Shown here: positions 21,541 to 31,445 of the stretch, piece after piece
Layout of the letters: every line of letters begins with the position of its first letter
Numbering within the stretch: the first letter of the stretch is position 1
Origin: an uncultured Gemmatimonadales bacterium
GTDB lineage: Bacteria; Gemmatimonadota; Gemmatimonadetes; Gemmatimonadales; GWC2-71-9
Direction of reading: 5' to 3'
NCBI GenBank assembly: GCA_963748815.1
Contig: CAVVKJ010000010.1
Span: forward strand, 1,024,001 to 1,088,000
Length of the DNA: 64,000 bases
The notes under the pieces: model-generated
The model's input: the letters and a program-made list of their open reading frames with translations, nothing else
Databases searched by the model: none
Told to the model about the DNA's origin: nothing
Program-made: the position numbers and the translations under genes

Positions 21541-23941
21541 CCTCCAGCAACTCCTCGTGGACCACCGCGACCCGGCGCGCCGGGTCGCGCTCGACGCGGA
21601 TGATCCGGTCGAACCCCTCCCGGACCGCCTCGATGTGGGTAATAAGGATGACCTGCGGGAACCGGTCGGCCAGGCTCCGGAGCAGGTCCATCACCGCCGC
21701 GCGCCGTTCCTCGTCCAGGGAACCGAAAATCTCGTCCAGCACCAGGAGCGAGAGCGGCTGCCCCGCCCGCTCGGCGATCATCTGGCTGATGGCGAGGCGG
21801 AGCGCGAGGTACGCCACATCTTCCTCGCCGCCGGAAATCACCGGCTTCGCCTCCCCCTCGTCCACGAGGGTCGGCATGTAGCTCTCGTCGAGTTCGAGGT
21901 CGGAATACCGCCCGTTGGTCAGGTCGCGGAGGAAGGCGGAGGCGAGCTCGGACAGATCGGGCCGGAGCTGCGCATTCAAGTCGGTGCGCAGGTCGGTCAG
22001 CGCCCGGTCGAGTTCCTGGGTGACCAGCGCGCGCCGCTCGACTCCCCGGACCTCTTCCTCGCGCGCCTGGCGCTCGGCGCGTCGCTGCGCCGCGGCGCGC
22101 GCCGCCTCCTCCGCGGTGGCCCGCTCTCCCCTCGCCTCGACCACCTGCAACTCCGCCCGCTGCCGCTCCTCCTCCGCCGCGGCCACCAGCGACCGCACCT
22201 CCTCGAACTCCGGTTCCGAAAACCCGAGTTCCTGCCGCTGGTGCCGGAGTGCGGTCAGCACCTCCTCGCGGACGCTCACCGCCTGCTCGGCGGCCAGCAA
22301 TTCCGGCGCAAGGCGGGCGGCGCGTTCCGCGAGCCCGCGGTACCGCTCGGCCTCCAGCGCCTTGGCCTCCAGCGCCTTCAGCTCCTGCTGGACGACCTTG
22401 TGGCGCTCGGGGTCGTACGTCCCTTCCGCCCCCTTCAGGGACGCCTGCAGCTCGACCATGGTCCGTTCCTGGACCGCGCGCTTCTCCCGAAGCGCCGGCG
22501 CCTCCCTGAGGGGCGCCTCCAGGCGACCGACGGCGGCCGCCGCCGCCTCCGCCGCCGCTTCCGCCTTGACCCGCTGCGCCTCCAGCTCGCGAACGTCGGC
22601 GGGCTCCGGCTCGAGCTGGGCCACCCGCTTCTTGTAGAAGTTGCCGTTGAACTTCACTTCCTCCACCTGGCGGCTGAGGACCTCGCGCACCGACTCGAAA
22701 TCGGTCCCGAGCGGCCGGGAGCAGGTCGGGCAGGCGCCGTCCTGCCCCGCCTCCGTGATCCGGTCGAACTGCTCCTGCAGGTCGCGGTACTGATCGCGCA
22801 ACGCCAGCAGCTTGGTCCGCGCATCCTGGAGGTCGCGCACCCACGCCGTGTGCTTCTCTTCCGCCTGCTCCGCGGCGCCGAGCGACGCCGCGCGGGCTGC
22901 GGCCGCCGCCGCGCGCGCCGCCTCCAGCTGCTCTGCCGTGGGGAGCGCGGCGAGCCGCTGGTCGAGATCGGCCAGGGTGGCGCGCGCGCCCTCGATCTTC
23001 GCGGACAGCGCCGCCCGGTGCGACGACGCCGCGTAGCGCTGCTGCAGCGCCTCGTGCTCGGCGCGCAGCGCCGGCAGGGGCGCCAGCTCCTCGCCGAGAC
23101 TGGCGAGATGGCTGTGCGCCTGGAGGGCATCGGCAATTTGCCGGTCGAGATCGCGAGTCCGCTCCTGTGAGGTCGTCACCTGGTGCTCGGCGACGCGAAT
23201 GTCGCCCTCGAGCGACTGTACCCGCGTGCGGAGCTGCTGCATGGTATCCCAGCGGGGACTCACCTCCGCCAGGCGCGCCGCCGCGGTGCGCACCGCCTCC
23301 TGCGCCTTGCCGTCGCGTTCGCTGGCCGCCGCGGCCAGGCCGGCCACCCGCAGCTCCTCGACGTCAAGCGCCCCGGCGTCCACCAGCCCCGCCTGCAGCG
23401 CCTGCAGCCGTGCCCGGAGTTCGCTCCGCGTTTCCTTGAGGTGTTCCTGCGCGACGCGCAACCGCTCGAATCCGAGCACCCGCGCGAGGAACTGCGCCCG
23501 CTCCGGGGCGCTCATCCGGGCCATGACCATCAGGTCCTTTTGCCCGGTGAAATAGGTGTTGAAGAATTCGGCGCGGGTCATTCCGAGGAGATGCGACAGC
23601 TTTTCGGTCACGGTGCCGAGGCTGTTGGCGATCGGCGCGGGATCACCGTCCTGGAAGAGCTCGGCCTGGCTGAGGCTCCGCACCACCCGGAACTCGTGCG
23701 CGCCGAGCGCAAAGTCGAGCTCCACGCGGACCGGCGAGCGGGGCGGCGCGCCGCGGCGACGGATGGAGTCGCGGGTGCCGCGTGCCGCCGGCGTCCCGTA
23801 CATCGCGAAGGCGATGGCCTCGAGCAGCGTGGACTTGCCCGAGCCGTTCGCGCCGACGATGCCGGTCAGGCCGGCGCCGAGGACCAGTTCGGAGTCCTCG
23901 TGCTGACGAAAATTGACGAGACGGAGGCGGTGGATCTGCAT
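21515..23941 (-). CDS. sbcC: Rad50/SbcC SMC-family ATPase
   Basis: Walker A GANGSGKS, coiled coils, zinc hook CPTC, signature ISGGE, Walker B LLVLDE, ITH. Confidence 0.93.
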   Translation of the reverse strand: MQIHRLRLVNFRQHEDSELVLGAGLTGIVGANGSGKSTLLEAIAFAMYGTPAARGTRDSIRRRGAPPRSPVRVELDFALGAHEFRVVRSLSQAELFQDGDPAPIANSLGTVTEKLSHLLGMTRAEFFNTYFTGQKDLMVMARMSAPERAQFLARVLGFERLRVAQEHLKETRSELRARLQALQAGLVDAGALDVEELRVAGLAAAASERDGKAQEAVRTAAARLAEVSPRWDTMQQLRTRVQSLEGDIRVAEHQVTTSQERTRDLDRQIADALQAHSHLASLGEELAPLPALRAEHEALQQRYAASSHRAALSAKIEGARATLADLDQRLAALPTAEQLEAARAAAAAARAASLGAAEQAEEKHTAWVRDLQDARTKLLALRDQYRDLQEQFDRITEAGQDGACPTCSRPLGTDFESVREVLSRQVEEVKFNGNFYKKRVAQLEPEPADVRELEAQRVKAEAAAEAAAAAVGRLEAPLREAPALREKRAVQERTMVELQASLKGAEGTYDPERHKVVQQELKALEAKALEAERYRGLAERAARLAPELLAAEQAVSVREEVLTALRHQRQELGFSEPEFEEVRSLVAAAEEERQRAELQVVEARGERATAEEAARAAAQRRAERQAREEEVRGVERRALVTQELDRALTDLRTDLNAQLRPDLSELASAFLRDLTNGRYSDLELDESYMPTLVDEGEAKPVISGGEEDVAYLALRLAISQMIAERAGQPLSLLVLDEIFGSLDEERRAAVMDLLRSLADRFPQVILITHIEAVREGFDRIIRVERDPARRVAVVHEELLEGGGRDVAA

Positions 23942-25119
23942 CAGTCCTCCGCCAACTCGCGCTCGGCGGAAGCCACCAGGTCGACGCCCTCGCTCACGAA
24001 CGCCACCCGGTCGATCCCTGCCGGCAACGGGCGACGACTGAGATAGTCCTGCACAATGTCCGGGAGCGTCTGTCGCCGGCCAGGTGCACCGACGCCGGTG
24101 CTTCGGCTCGGCTCCGGCCGCCGCAGGTCGAGCTGGAAATGCAGCGCCTCGGATTTCCAGCCCCGCAGCGCGGCGTGGTCGAGCTGCCGACCGACGTGCC
24201 GGGGCACGCCGGTCACGACGAGGCGGACCACCTGATCCTCGATGCCGCCCGGCACCCCGGCGACCCGCGCGGTGATCGCCGCCTGCAACTCATCGGGGGC
24301 CATGTCGGTGCCGTCGAGCCGGGGCAGGTCGAGGACGCGCCGGGCCGGAACGATCGGCTGCGGCGCCGCGACCCCCGTATCAAGGTCCACCAGCAGCCAT
24401 CCCTTCCCCGCCACCCCCTTTTCCGCCTCGTCCCGCAACTCTCCCCAGGGATTGGTGCTCACGTACTCCAGCGCGCCGCAGTACCAGGCCCGTGCACCGA
24501 GCGGCGTCTGGACGTGGTAGTGGCCGAAGGCGACGTAGCTCCATTCGCCGGGGCCGAATTCGTCGGGCCGCACCACGGCCCCGCCGTACTCGACGGCGGA
24601 ACGATCCGACGGGAAGATGCCATCCACTTCGCCGTGGGCGACGAGCACCTCGTAGCGGGCACTCCCATCGGGCCGCAATACCGGTCGCTGCGGCTGCACC
24701 AGCGCCTCGTGCGGAACGGCCAGGACGCTCAGGTCGAGCTGCGGATAGCTGAACCGCCGCGCCTCGTGGGTGGCGACGTCCACGCCCAGCTCATCGAAGA
24801 GGCGGAGGATGCTGCCGGTCTCGGTGGAGCGCGGCGTGTCGTGGTTCCCGGCGATCAGGACGATCGGCGCATCGGGCAGCTCGGCGCGGAGGCGCTGGAA
24901 CTGCTGAAAGGCAAAGACGATGGCGGCGTTGGTGGGCCGGACGGAATGGAAGAGATCGCCCGCCACGATGACGACGTCAGGGCGCGCGGCCACCACGCCG
25001 TCCACGGCCTGGCGGAACGCCATGGCGGTGTCGGCCTCCCGCTGGTTGATGCCGGCGGGCGTCTGCCGATGGTATTGCCGGAACCCGAGGTGGAGGTCGG
25101 CGAGATGGGCGAGTTTCAC
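23941..25119 (-). CDS. sbcD: Mre11/SbcD metallophosphoesterase nuclease
   Basis: DLHLG, AGDLFH, GNHD, HG, GHYH motifs. Confidence 0.93.
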   Translation of the reverse strand: MKLAHLADLHLGFRQYHRQTPAGINQREADTAMAFRQAVDGVVAARPDVVIVAGDLFHSVRPTNAAIVFAFQQFQRLRAELPDAPIVLIAGNHDTPRSTETGSILRLFDELGVDVATHEARRFSYPQLDLSVLAVPHEALVQPQRPVLRPDGSARYEVLVAHGEVDGIFPSDRSAVEYGGAVVRPDEFGPGEWSYVAFGHYHVQTPLGARAWYCGALEYVSTNPWGELRDEAEKGVAGKGWLLVDLDTGVAAPQPIVPARRVLDLPRLDGTDMAPDELQAAITARVAGVPGGIEDQVVRLVVTGVPRHVGRQLDHAALRGWKSEALHFQLDLRRPEPSRSTGVGAPGRRQTLPDIVQDYLSRRPLPAGIDRVAFVSEGVDLVASAERELAED

Positions 25120-25173
25120 AGGTAGGAGAATGCGCCGCCCGGGGGCCGGGGGCAAGGCAGGGCGGAGCCCGCG

Positions 25174-27100
25174 CTACGACGAATATGGATCCGGCGTCCC
25201 GCGCAGGGGCAGCACCCCGCTCCGGCGGGTGACCAACTCCGGTTCAACCCGCCGCCCCAGCGCCGCGGTGAAGTAGGCCAGGACATCGTCGGGCCGCAGC
25301 TGCCGGGTGCGGGCCAGCGCCCCCCGGACGTCGGCTTCCCGGTGCCCGTCCACGAGCGCGCGAACCTTGTCGGTGCCGATGGCGGGGTCCATCGACCGGA
25401 GTTGCCGGGCGACCGCCTCGTCGAATGGCAGGTCGGTCGCCGGCGGGAAGCGCTCCACACCATCTCGGCCGGAGAGCACGCAGGGCCGCGGGAAGCGAAG
25501 GAATACCGGCTGCGTGAAATGCGGATGCCGCACCATCAGCTCGCCCTTGGGGAGCGTCGCCAGCTTGATCTTGGTGGCCGGCGAGAGCGTGGCGTACCCG
25601 GCAGTGGCCAGTTCGTCAGGATCCATCCGCCCGTAGATGGTGGTGCCGGCGTTGCCGACCACCCGCCGGAGCACCTGGGAGCGGAACTGCTGGGCGGAGA
25701 AGAGCACCAGCCCGAGATACCGTCCCCGCTCCGAGAGGTCGAGCAGCATCTTCCGCACGTAGGTGTCCGGTGCCGTCGGCCGGAGCGTACTTGTTGAGCT
25801 CGTCCACAAATACGACCACATGGTCCACGCCCAGGTCTCTGCCGCTCAAGATGCTCGCGCAGCTTGCTCACCACGCGGGCAAAGACGAGGTCCTGGGCCA
25901 GCGGATCGACGCTCGCAACATCCACCACGTAGACGCCGCGGTCCTCGAAGGCGCCCCAGGGCAGGTCGTTGGAGGCGCCGTCGTCGGTCACCAGCCCCTT
26001 GGCGCGGGTGGTGATGTTGCCGAGGCGATTGCGGACCTTCCGGATGGTGGCGATGTGATGGGTGCGCCAGACGTCGCCCCGGTTCTTCGTTTCCAGGCTA
26101 TCGAAGATGGCGCGGAAGAACGCCTCGAGGTCGGCAAAGGTCAGGACCCGCCAGTCGGTCGGCTGCAGCTCCGGCGCGTGGAAGTCGCGCCCCGACCACC
26201 CGATCGGCCAGGAAATCGATGAAGGCGTCGGCCTTGGCGTCCAGGTCGTCGCGGTTGAGCACCACTTCGGCGTATTCCAGCACCTCGCGGAGCCCCCAGG
26301 TCAGCGGCTCCGTGTTGGCCGCCAGGTCGGGATGGGTGCGCAAGGTGTTGAGGTTGACGCCATCGGGCTTGCAGGGAGCGAAGTAGTGGACGTGCTCGAA
26401 AGGCTTGGGCTCCAGCCCGAGCCGGTCGTAGGACGCGATGTCGTCCGCGGACAGTTCGGCCGGCTGATCGAGGAAGCAGAGGTCGGGCCCCTTCACGTTG
26501 AAGCAGAGGGCGGCCACCGAGCCCTTGTGCCGCGGGAAGGTCTGGAAGATGCTGGTCAGGAAGAACTCGACCGCGCTGGTCTTCGTGGCGAGGCCGGAGA
26601 CGCCGGTGATGTTGAGGTGCGCCGCCTCGGGGCCGAGGAGGAAATCGGCGTCGAGGTAGACCGGCGCCGCCAGTCCCGCCGCGCCGTAGGTCCCCACCGG
26701 GATGCCGGTGACGCGCTCTCCCGTCGGTGAACGCGTCCATGCGCAGCGCCGACCGCACATCGTCGTCGGTCGCCATGCGCACCTCGCCGAGGGGAACCGG
26801 CTGCAGCGGCTCCTCGGGCTCCTGGCGGAGGACCGCGGCGGTGTAGAGGCGAATCTCGGTGCGGGCCGTGCGTGCGTCGGCGCCCTGCGCGGGGTCCCCG
26901 CCCGCCCCCGCGACGGCGTCGAGGGGACGCGCCAGGTCGGCGTACGCCGCCGCGTCCATCACGACACCATACACGACGCGACCGGGGGCATCGACGCGCA
27001 CGATGGCGCCGACCCCCACGGGCGATTCCCGCGCGGTCCAGAAGTGAAATTGATGGGGAGTGGAGGGCCGAAGCTCGGTGGCGACGACGCGGCCGATCAG
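25174..27100 (-). CDS. herA: HerA-like ATPase (HAS barrel plus helicase domain), interrupted by four +1 frameshifts
   Basis: Stitched frames give IGRVVATE...FHFW (HAS), HLNITGVSGLATKT (variant Walker A), FNVKG, VVFVDELNKYAP (Walker B), ERGRYLG, SAQQ. Shifts at about 26721, 26191, 25842 and 25772; about 640 aa once corrected. Confidence 0.85.
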
Positions 27101-27597
27101 ATCGGGGCGAATGGCGGGACCTCCGTCAGCCAGAACCCGGCGAGTCGGCGCTTGTGGTCCAGCTCGACCAGCAGGTGATCCGCGACGCGCACCACCTCGA
27201 CCTCCCGGCGCCCGCCGATGCGGAGGTGCACAATCTTCTCGTCGGGCGTGGCCGAGACCGACAGGGTGGTGTCCACCTCGACGGCGGACACCGACTGCCG
27301 GGAGGCCTTGGTCGGCAGCAGCACCCGCCCGGCGCGCGCCCCGTCCGGCGGGGCCAGCCCCGGCACGGTATCCACTTCGGGCCAGACCACGACGTCGAGG
27401 CCGCAGAGCACGCCACCGGCGACGTCGAGGACGATGACCGATCCCTCCTCATCGGAGAGCTCGACGCTCCCCTCCTGCCCGCCGCCGTCCACGGCGGCCC
27501 GAAACCCGCCGGAGAGAATGTCGGTCTCGACGTCCCAGCGCCATTCAACGGAGGGAAGCCTCCCCTCGAGCGGTTCGACCCGGGTATCGACGTTCAT
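27097..27597 (-). CDS. Hypothetical acidic protein with two DUF2283-like units
   Basis: WDVETDIL...VIVLDVAGGVLCGLDV and DEKIVHLRI...LLVELDHKRRLAGFWL repeats. Confidence 0.55.
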   Translation of the reverse strand: MNVDTRVEPLEGRLPSVEWRWDVETDILSGGFRAAVDGGGQEGSVELSDEEGSVIVLDVAGGVLCGLDVVVWPEVDTVPGLAPPDGARAGRVLLPTKASRQSVSAVEVDTTLSVSATPDEKIVHLRIGGRREVEVVRVADHLLVELDHKRRLAGFWLTEVPPFAPI

Positions 27598-27606
27598 CGG
27601 GGGCTC

Positions 27607-28815
27607 CTAGGCGGCCTGGGCGGCGGTGAGCCGGCCGATGAACTTGAGAATGCGGTCCACGCCGGCGTCGAGTTCCTTGTCCGCTGCAGCATAGCTGAGC
27701 CGGACCCACCGGTCGTCTCCAAACGCCGCACCCGGTACCAGCGCCACGCCCTCCTCGGCCATGAGCCTCTCGCAGAAGGCGGCGCCACCACCCCCCGGCC
27801 CGGTCAACCCGTCCACCCGGAAGAAGAAGTAGAAGGCGCCGTGCGGCTCGACGAACTCGACGCCCGGCACCTCGCGGCGGAACCGCGCCACGAGCCGGTC
27901 GCGCCGCGCGCGGAAGGCGGCGACCATGCGGAGCACGTCGGCCTCGACCCGCTCGTCGCTGAAGGCCGTGGCCGAGGCCCACTGCGCCGGATGATTGGCC
28001 CCGGTCGTGGTGTGCGACTGCAGCGCGGCCATTCCCTTGAACACGTGCGTCGGCGCGAGCGCGGCGCCGATGCGCCACCCGGTCATCGCGTAGGCCTTGC
28101 TGGCGCCGGCGATGACGACCGTCCGCTCCAGCAGGTCGTCCGGCAGGTCGAGGAAGCTCGGCGCCGCCTTTGCCCCGTAGTTGATCCGCCGGTAGATCTC
28201 GTCGGCAATGATCCAGACTTCATTCTTCCTGGCCCACTCCGCGATCGCCTTCAGCTCCGGCAGGGTGTACACCGCCCCCGTCGGGTTGCACGGCGAGCAG
28301 ATGATGAGCCCCTTGGTGCGCGTGGTGGAATGGTTGTCGAGCTCCTTGGCGCCGACCTTCAGCCCCCACTCGATGTCGCCAGGCACGAGCACCGGCTCGG
28401 CGCGGCAGAGATGCACGATTTGCGGATAGGAGACCCAGGCCGGCGCCGGGATCAGTACCTGGTCGTTGGGGCCGAAGAGGGTGAAGCAGGCGTTGAAGAG
28501 GGAGTGCTTCGAGCCGGAACTGACAAGGATGTTGTCGGCGTTGACCGGCCGACCGCCACTGAGCGCGGAGAGGTTCTTCGCGATGGCGGTGCGGAGCTCC
28601 GGAATGCCCGGATTCGGCGGATAGTGAGTCATCCCCTTCTGGATGGCGGTGATGCCCGCCTGGGCCGCCACCATCGGCGTGTCGAAATCCGGCTCGCCGA
28701 GGCTGAGATCGAAGACCTCCTCGCCGGCGGCGCGGCGGCGCTTCGTTTCGGCGCTGATCGCGATCGTCTCGGAGGGCTTCAGGTGCACCAGGTTGAGCGA
28801 GAGCGGTTCGGGCAT
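27607..28815 (-). CDS. PLP-dependent aminotransferase class I (aspartate aminotransferase-like)
   Basis: GEPDF, SPCNPTG, DEIY, SKAYAMTGWRIG, RLSYA. Confidence 0.93.
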   Translation of the reverse strand: MPEPLSLNLVHLKPSETIAISAETKRRRAAGEEVFDLSLGEPDFDTPMVAAQAGITAIQKGMTHYPPNPGIPELRTAIAKNLSALSGGRPVNADNILVSSGSKHSLFNACFTLFGPNDQVLIPAPAWVSYPQIVHLCRAEPVLVPGDIEWGLKVGAKELDNHSTTRTKGLIICSPCNPTGAVYTLPELKAIAEWARKNEVWIIADEIYRRINYGAKAAPSFLDLPDDLLERTVVIAGASKAYAMTGWRIGAALAPTHVFKGMAALQSHTTTGANHPAQWASATAFSDERVEADVLRMVAAFRARRDRLVARFRREVPGVEFVEPHGAFYFFFRVDGLTGPGGGGAAFCERLMAEEGVALVPGAAFGDDRWVRLSYAAADKELDAGVDRILKFIGRLTAAQAA

Positions 28816-28979
28816 TGCGGAGTCCGGAGGGGAGTGGGAAATGTCGAGCCGAAAGCTCCCCACGCCGCAGGGTGATGTCAACTGCGCCCGCGGTGGCATC
28901 CGGGGCGCGGTCCGCTTATTCTTGAGCCCCGGCGCGAGCCGACTATTTGACAACCGAGGGTCCTGTGTCCGAGTCATTC

Positions 28980-30410
28980 ATGTTTGCGTCCCCTGCCGAC
29001 CTCGCCGAGGCGGCCACGACCGCCGAGCGCGGCCACAACGTCGTGGCTGCCCTGCCGCCATGCGCCGCTGGCGCGGCCCCCATCCTCGCCGCACTCGGCA
29101 GGCGACTGGCGGCGGCGCCCTCGACCGGACTCCGGGTCCTCATCCTCGCCACTCCCGACACCTCATCCGACTGGACCGAAGCCGCCACGCGGGCCATGCC
29201 CTCGTGCCGCGTCCGCTCGTCCGGCAACCTGACTCGCACCACCCGGCAGCTCCGCGCCGGGCAGGTGGAGGTGCTGGTCGCGTCTCCCGCCGAGGCGCAG
29301 CAACTCGTCGAGAAATCGGTACTCAAGACCGACCAGCTGTCCGCGGTCATGCTTGCGTGGCCCGAGTCGTGGGGCGGCGCCGAGGCGCTCGCGGTGCTGA
29401 TGCACGACCTCGGCAAGGAGACCCAGCGGATCGTCTGCACCGCGCAGCCGGAGGCGGCCGCGGACGTGATCGAGCGCTACGCCCGGAAGGCGCTGACGGC
29501 AGGGTTCCCGCCGGCGGAGGCGCCTCCGATGAGCCCGCTCGGCCCCGTCCGGACGGTGAGCGTGTCGTGGAACCGGCGTGCGGTGGCGGTGGCCGAGGTG
29601 GTGGAGCTGCTCGACCCGGCCAGGGTGACGGTGTGGTGCCTGGATGCGGCCGGGGTGACCGCGGTCAAGGCGGCGATGGCGGGACACGACGCCGACGCCC
29701 TTATCACCGACGGAGACGTCGAGGCGACGGAGCTCGTGGTGGCGTACGACCTGCCCACGCCGGGCACGCTCCAGGCGCTGATGGCGGCCGGACCGGTGGT
29801 GTTGATGGTTCCGCCGGCAGGCGAGGAGTACGTCGCCCGCATTACCTCGTCACGGCGGAGCCTCAGATTGTCGGGGGCCGTGGACGCGGCGCAGGACGAA
29901 GCGTCGCGCCGACGGGCCACCATTGCGAAGATTCTTGAGGGCGGCGTGCCCGGCACCGGCTTGCTGGCCTTGGCGCCGCTTTTCGAGCGCCACGATCCAT
30001 CGGCGGTGGCGGCGGCGATGTACCAGCTGTGGACCGGCCATGCCAGTGACCCGGTGCCCACCCCGGTCGCTCGCCCGGCCGATCCACCGGCGGCGGTGGA
30101 GTCGTACCCGCCCGGTTCCACGGCGCGGATGTTCGTGAGCGTGGGGCGCCAGGACGGCACCACCGCCGCGGATTTGGTGGCGGTGCTCACCAAGGAAGTC
30201 CGGATCGACAAGTCGAAGATCGGGCGGATCGAGCTGAAGGAGGCCTACTGCCTGGTGGAGTTGCCGGCGGGAGAGGTCGAGCAGATCGTGCGGGGGATGG
30301 ACGGGCGGACGGTGCGGAACAAGAAGATCATGGCCAAGGTGGACCGTGGGCCGGCGTCGCCGGCCCCGAAGCGGCGGGCGCCTACTTCCGGCGGTTCACG
30401 AGCGCCTTGA
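28980..30410 (+). CDS. Degenerate DEAD-box helicase-like protein with C-terminal DbpA RNA-binding domain
   Basis: C-terminal RMFVSVGRQDG...LVAVLTKEVRIDKSKIGRIEL is DbpA-RBD-like. The N-terminal RecA-like region has recognisable but destroyed motifs. Confidence 0.75.
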   Translation: MFASPADLAEAATTAERGHNVVAALPPCAAGAAPILAALGRRLAAAPSTGLRVLILATPDTSSDWTEAATRAMPSCRVRSSGNLTRTTRQLRAGQVEVLVASPAEAQQLVEKSVLKTDQLSAVMLAWPESWGGAEALAVLMHDLGKETQRIVCTAQPEAAADVIERYARKALTAGFPPAEAPPMSPLGPVRTVSVSWNRRAVAVAEVVELLDPARVTVWCLDAAGVTAVKAAMAGHDADALITDGDVEATELVVAYDLPTPGTLQALMAAGPVVLMVPPAGEEYVARITSSRRSLRLSGAVDAAQDEASRRRATIAKILEGGVPGTGLLALAPLFERHDPSAVAAAMYQLWTGHASDPVPTPVARPADPPAAVESYPPGSTARMFVSVGRQDGTTAADLVAVLTKEVRIDKSKIGRIELKEAYCLVELPAGEVEQIVRGMDGRTVRNKKIMAKVDRGPASPAPKRRAPTSGGSRAP

Positions 30411-30672
30411 GGGCGCTCCCCGGCCGAAAGGCGGGCACCACCGACGCCCGGATCGGAATGGACTTCCCCGTCTTGGGGTCGCGGCCGTTCCGGGCGCCGC
30501 GCTGACGTGGCTCGAAGCTCCCGAACCCCGAAATCTGCACCGTATTTCCCTTCCGAAGCTCCCCTCCAACGATTCCATCCGTCCCGAAGAACGCATCCAC
30601 GATCTCGCTGGCCCGCGCCTTGGACGTGCCGAGCCGCTTGGCGACGGCGGCCACGAGTTCCGACTTCTTCAC
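30382..30672 (-). CDS. hup: HU family DNA-binding protein
   Basis: KKSELVAAVA, VQISGFGSF, RNGRDPKTG, PAFRPG. Confidence 0.93.
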   Translation of the reverse strand: MKKSELVAAVAKRLGTSKARASEIVDAFFGTDGIVGGELRKGNTVQISGFGSFEPRQRGARNGRDPKTGKSIPIRASVVPAFRPGSALKALVNRRK

Positions 30673-30716
30673 GCAGGGCTCCTTCGGCGGCATCGGCGGG
30701 GGGAGGGTGCGGCGGC

Positions 30717-30745
30717 AATATGGTGCGGCGGATTGAGGGGGGCAA
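30717..30745 (-). promoter_or_regulatory. Putative sigma70 promoter of hup
   Basis: TTGCCC-N17-CATATT. Confidence 0.45.
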
Positions 30746-30777
30746 GAGTGGACAATCACCGTACCGTTGGTACGTGC

Positions 30778-30806
30778 TTGACCCCACCCCCTCCGCGCGG
30801 TAACCT
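30778..30806 (+). promoter_or_regulatory. Putative sigma70 promoter of tdk-coaE
   Basis: TTGACC-N17-TAACCT. Confidence 0.55.
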
Positions 30807-30839
30807 CAGCGACACCCCCCGCACGTGGAGACCCACCGG

Positions 30840-31445
30840 ATGTTTCACGGCAGCAGACCAGGTTCCATCGAAGTCATCAGCGGGGTGATGTTCAGCGGCA
30901 AGAGCGAGGAACTCATTCGCCGGGTGCGGCGCGCCATCATCGCCCGGCGGCGGGTGGAGGTGTTCAAGTCCCACCTCGACGCCCGCTACGCCGGCCTCTA
31001 CAGCGTGAGCAGCCACGACGGCCTCGAACTCGATGCCAAGCCCGTGGACACCGCCGCCGAGATCTTCCGGCAGGTGAGCCCCGACTCCGAGATGGTGGCC
31101 ATCGACGAAGCCCAGTTCCTCGACGACGACATCGTGACGGTGTGCACCGCGCTGGCCAACCGCGGCGTGCGGGTGGTGCTGGCCGGCACCGACACCGACT
31201 TCCGCGGCGAGCCCTTCGGCCCGATGGGGTCGCTGATGGCCGTCGCCGAGCAGGTGACCAAGCTCCGCGCCATCTGCGTGGTCTGCGGCGACGAGGCGTG
31301 CCGCAACCAGCGCCTGATCGACGGCGCCCCCGCGCGCTACGACTCCCCCACCATCATGGTCGGCGGCCGCGAGAGCTACGAGGCCCGCTGCCGGCACTGC
31401 CATCGGGTGCCCCGCGCCGACGAAGACCAGCGAGCGTTGCTATGA
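30840..31445 (+). CDS. tdk: Thymidine kinase
   Basis: [24 protein letters not shown], CxxC...YEARCRHC. Confidence 0.96.
   Translation: MFHGSRPGSIEVISGVMFSGKSEELIRRVRRAIIARRRVEVFKSHLDARYAGLYSVSSHDGLELDAKPVDTAAEIFRQVSPDSEMVAIDEAQFLDDDIVTVCTALANRGVRVVLAGTDTDFRGEPFGPMGSLMAVAEQVTKLRAICVVCGDEACRNQRLIDGAPARYDSPTIMVGGRESYEARCRHCHRVPRADEDQRALL

Noticed and set aside
21515..27100. Known anti-phage system (Sir2-HerA, DUF4297-HerA, Wadjet, Lamassu)
   Set aside because: No effector, kleisin or JetD-like gene is present. The SMC protein has a Rad50 zinc hook and an Mre11 partner, in a housekeeping context with normal GC.
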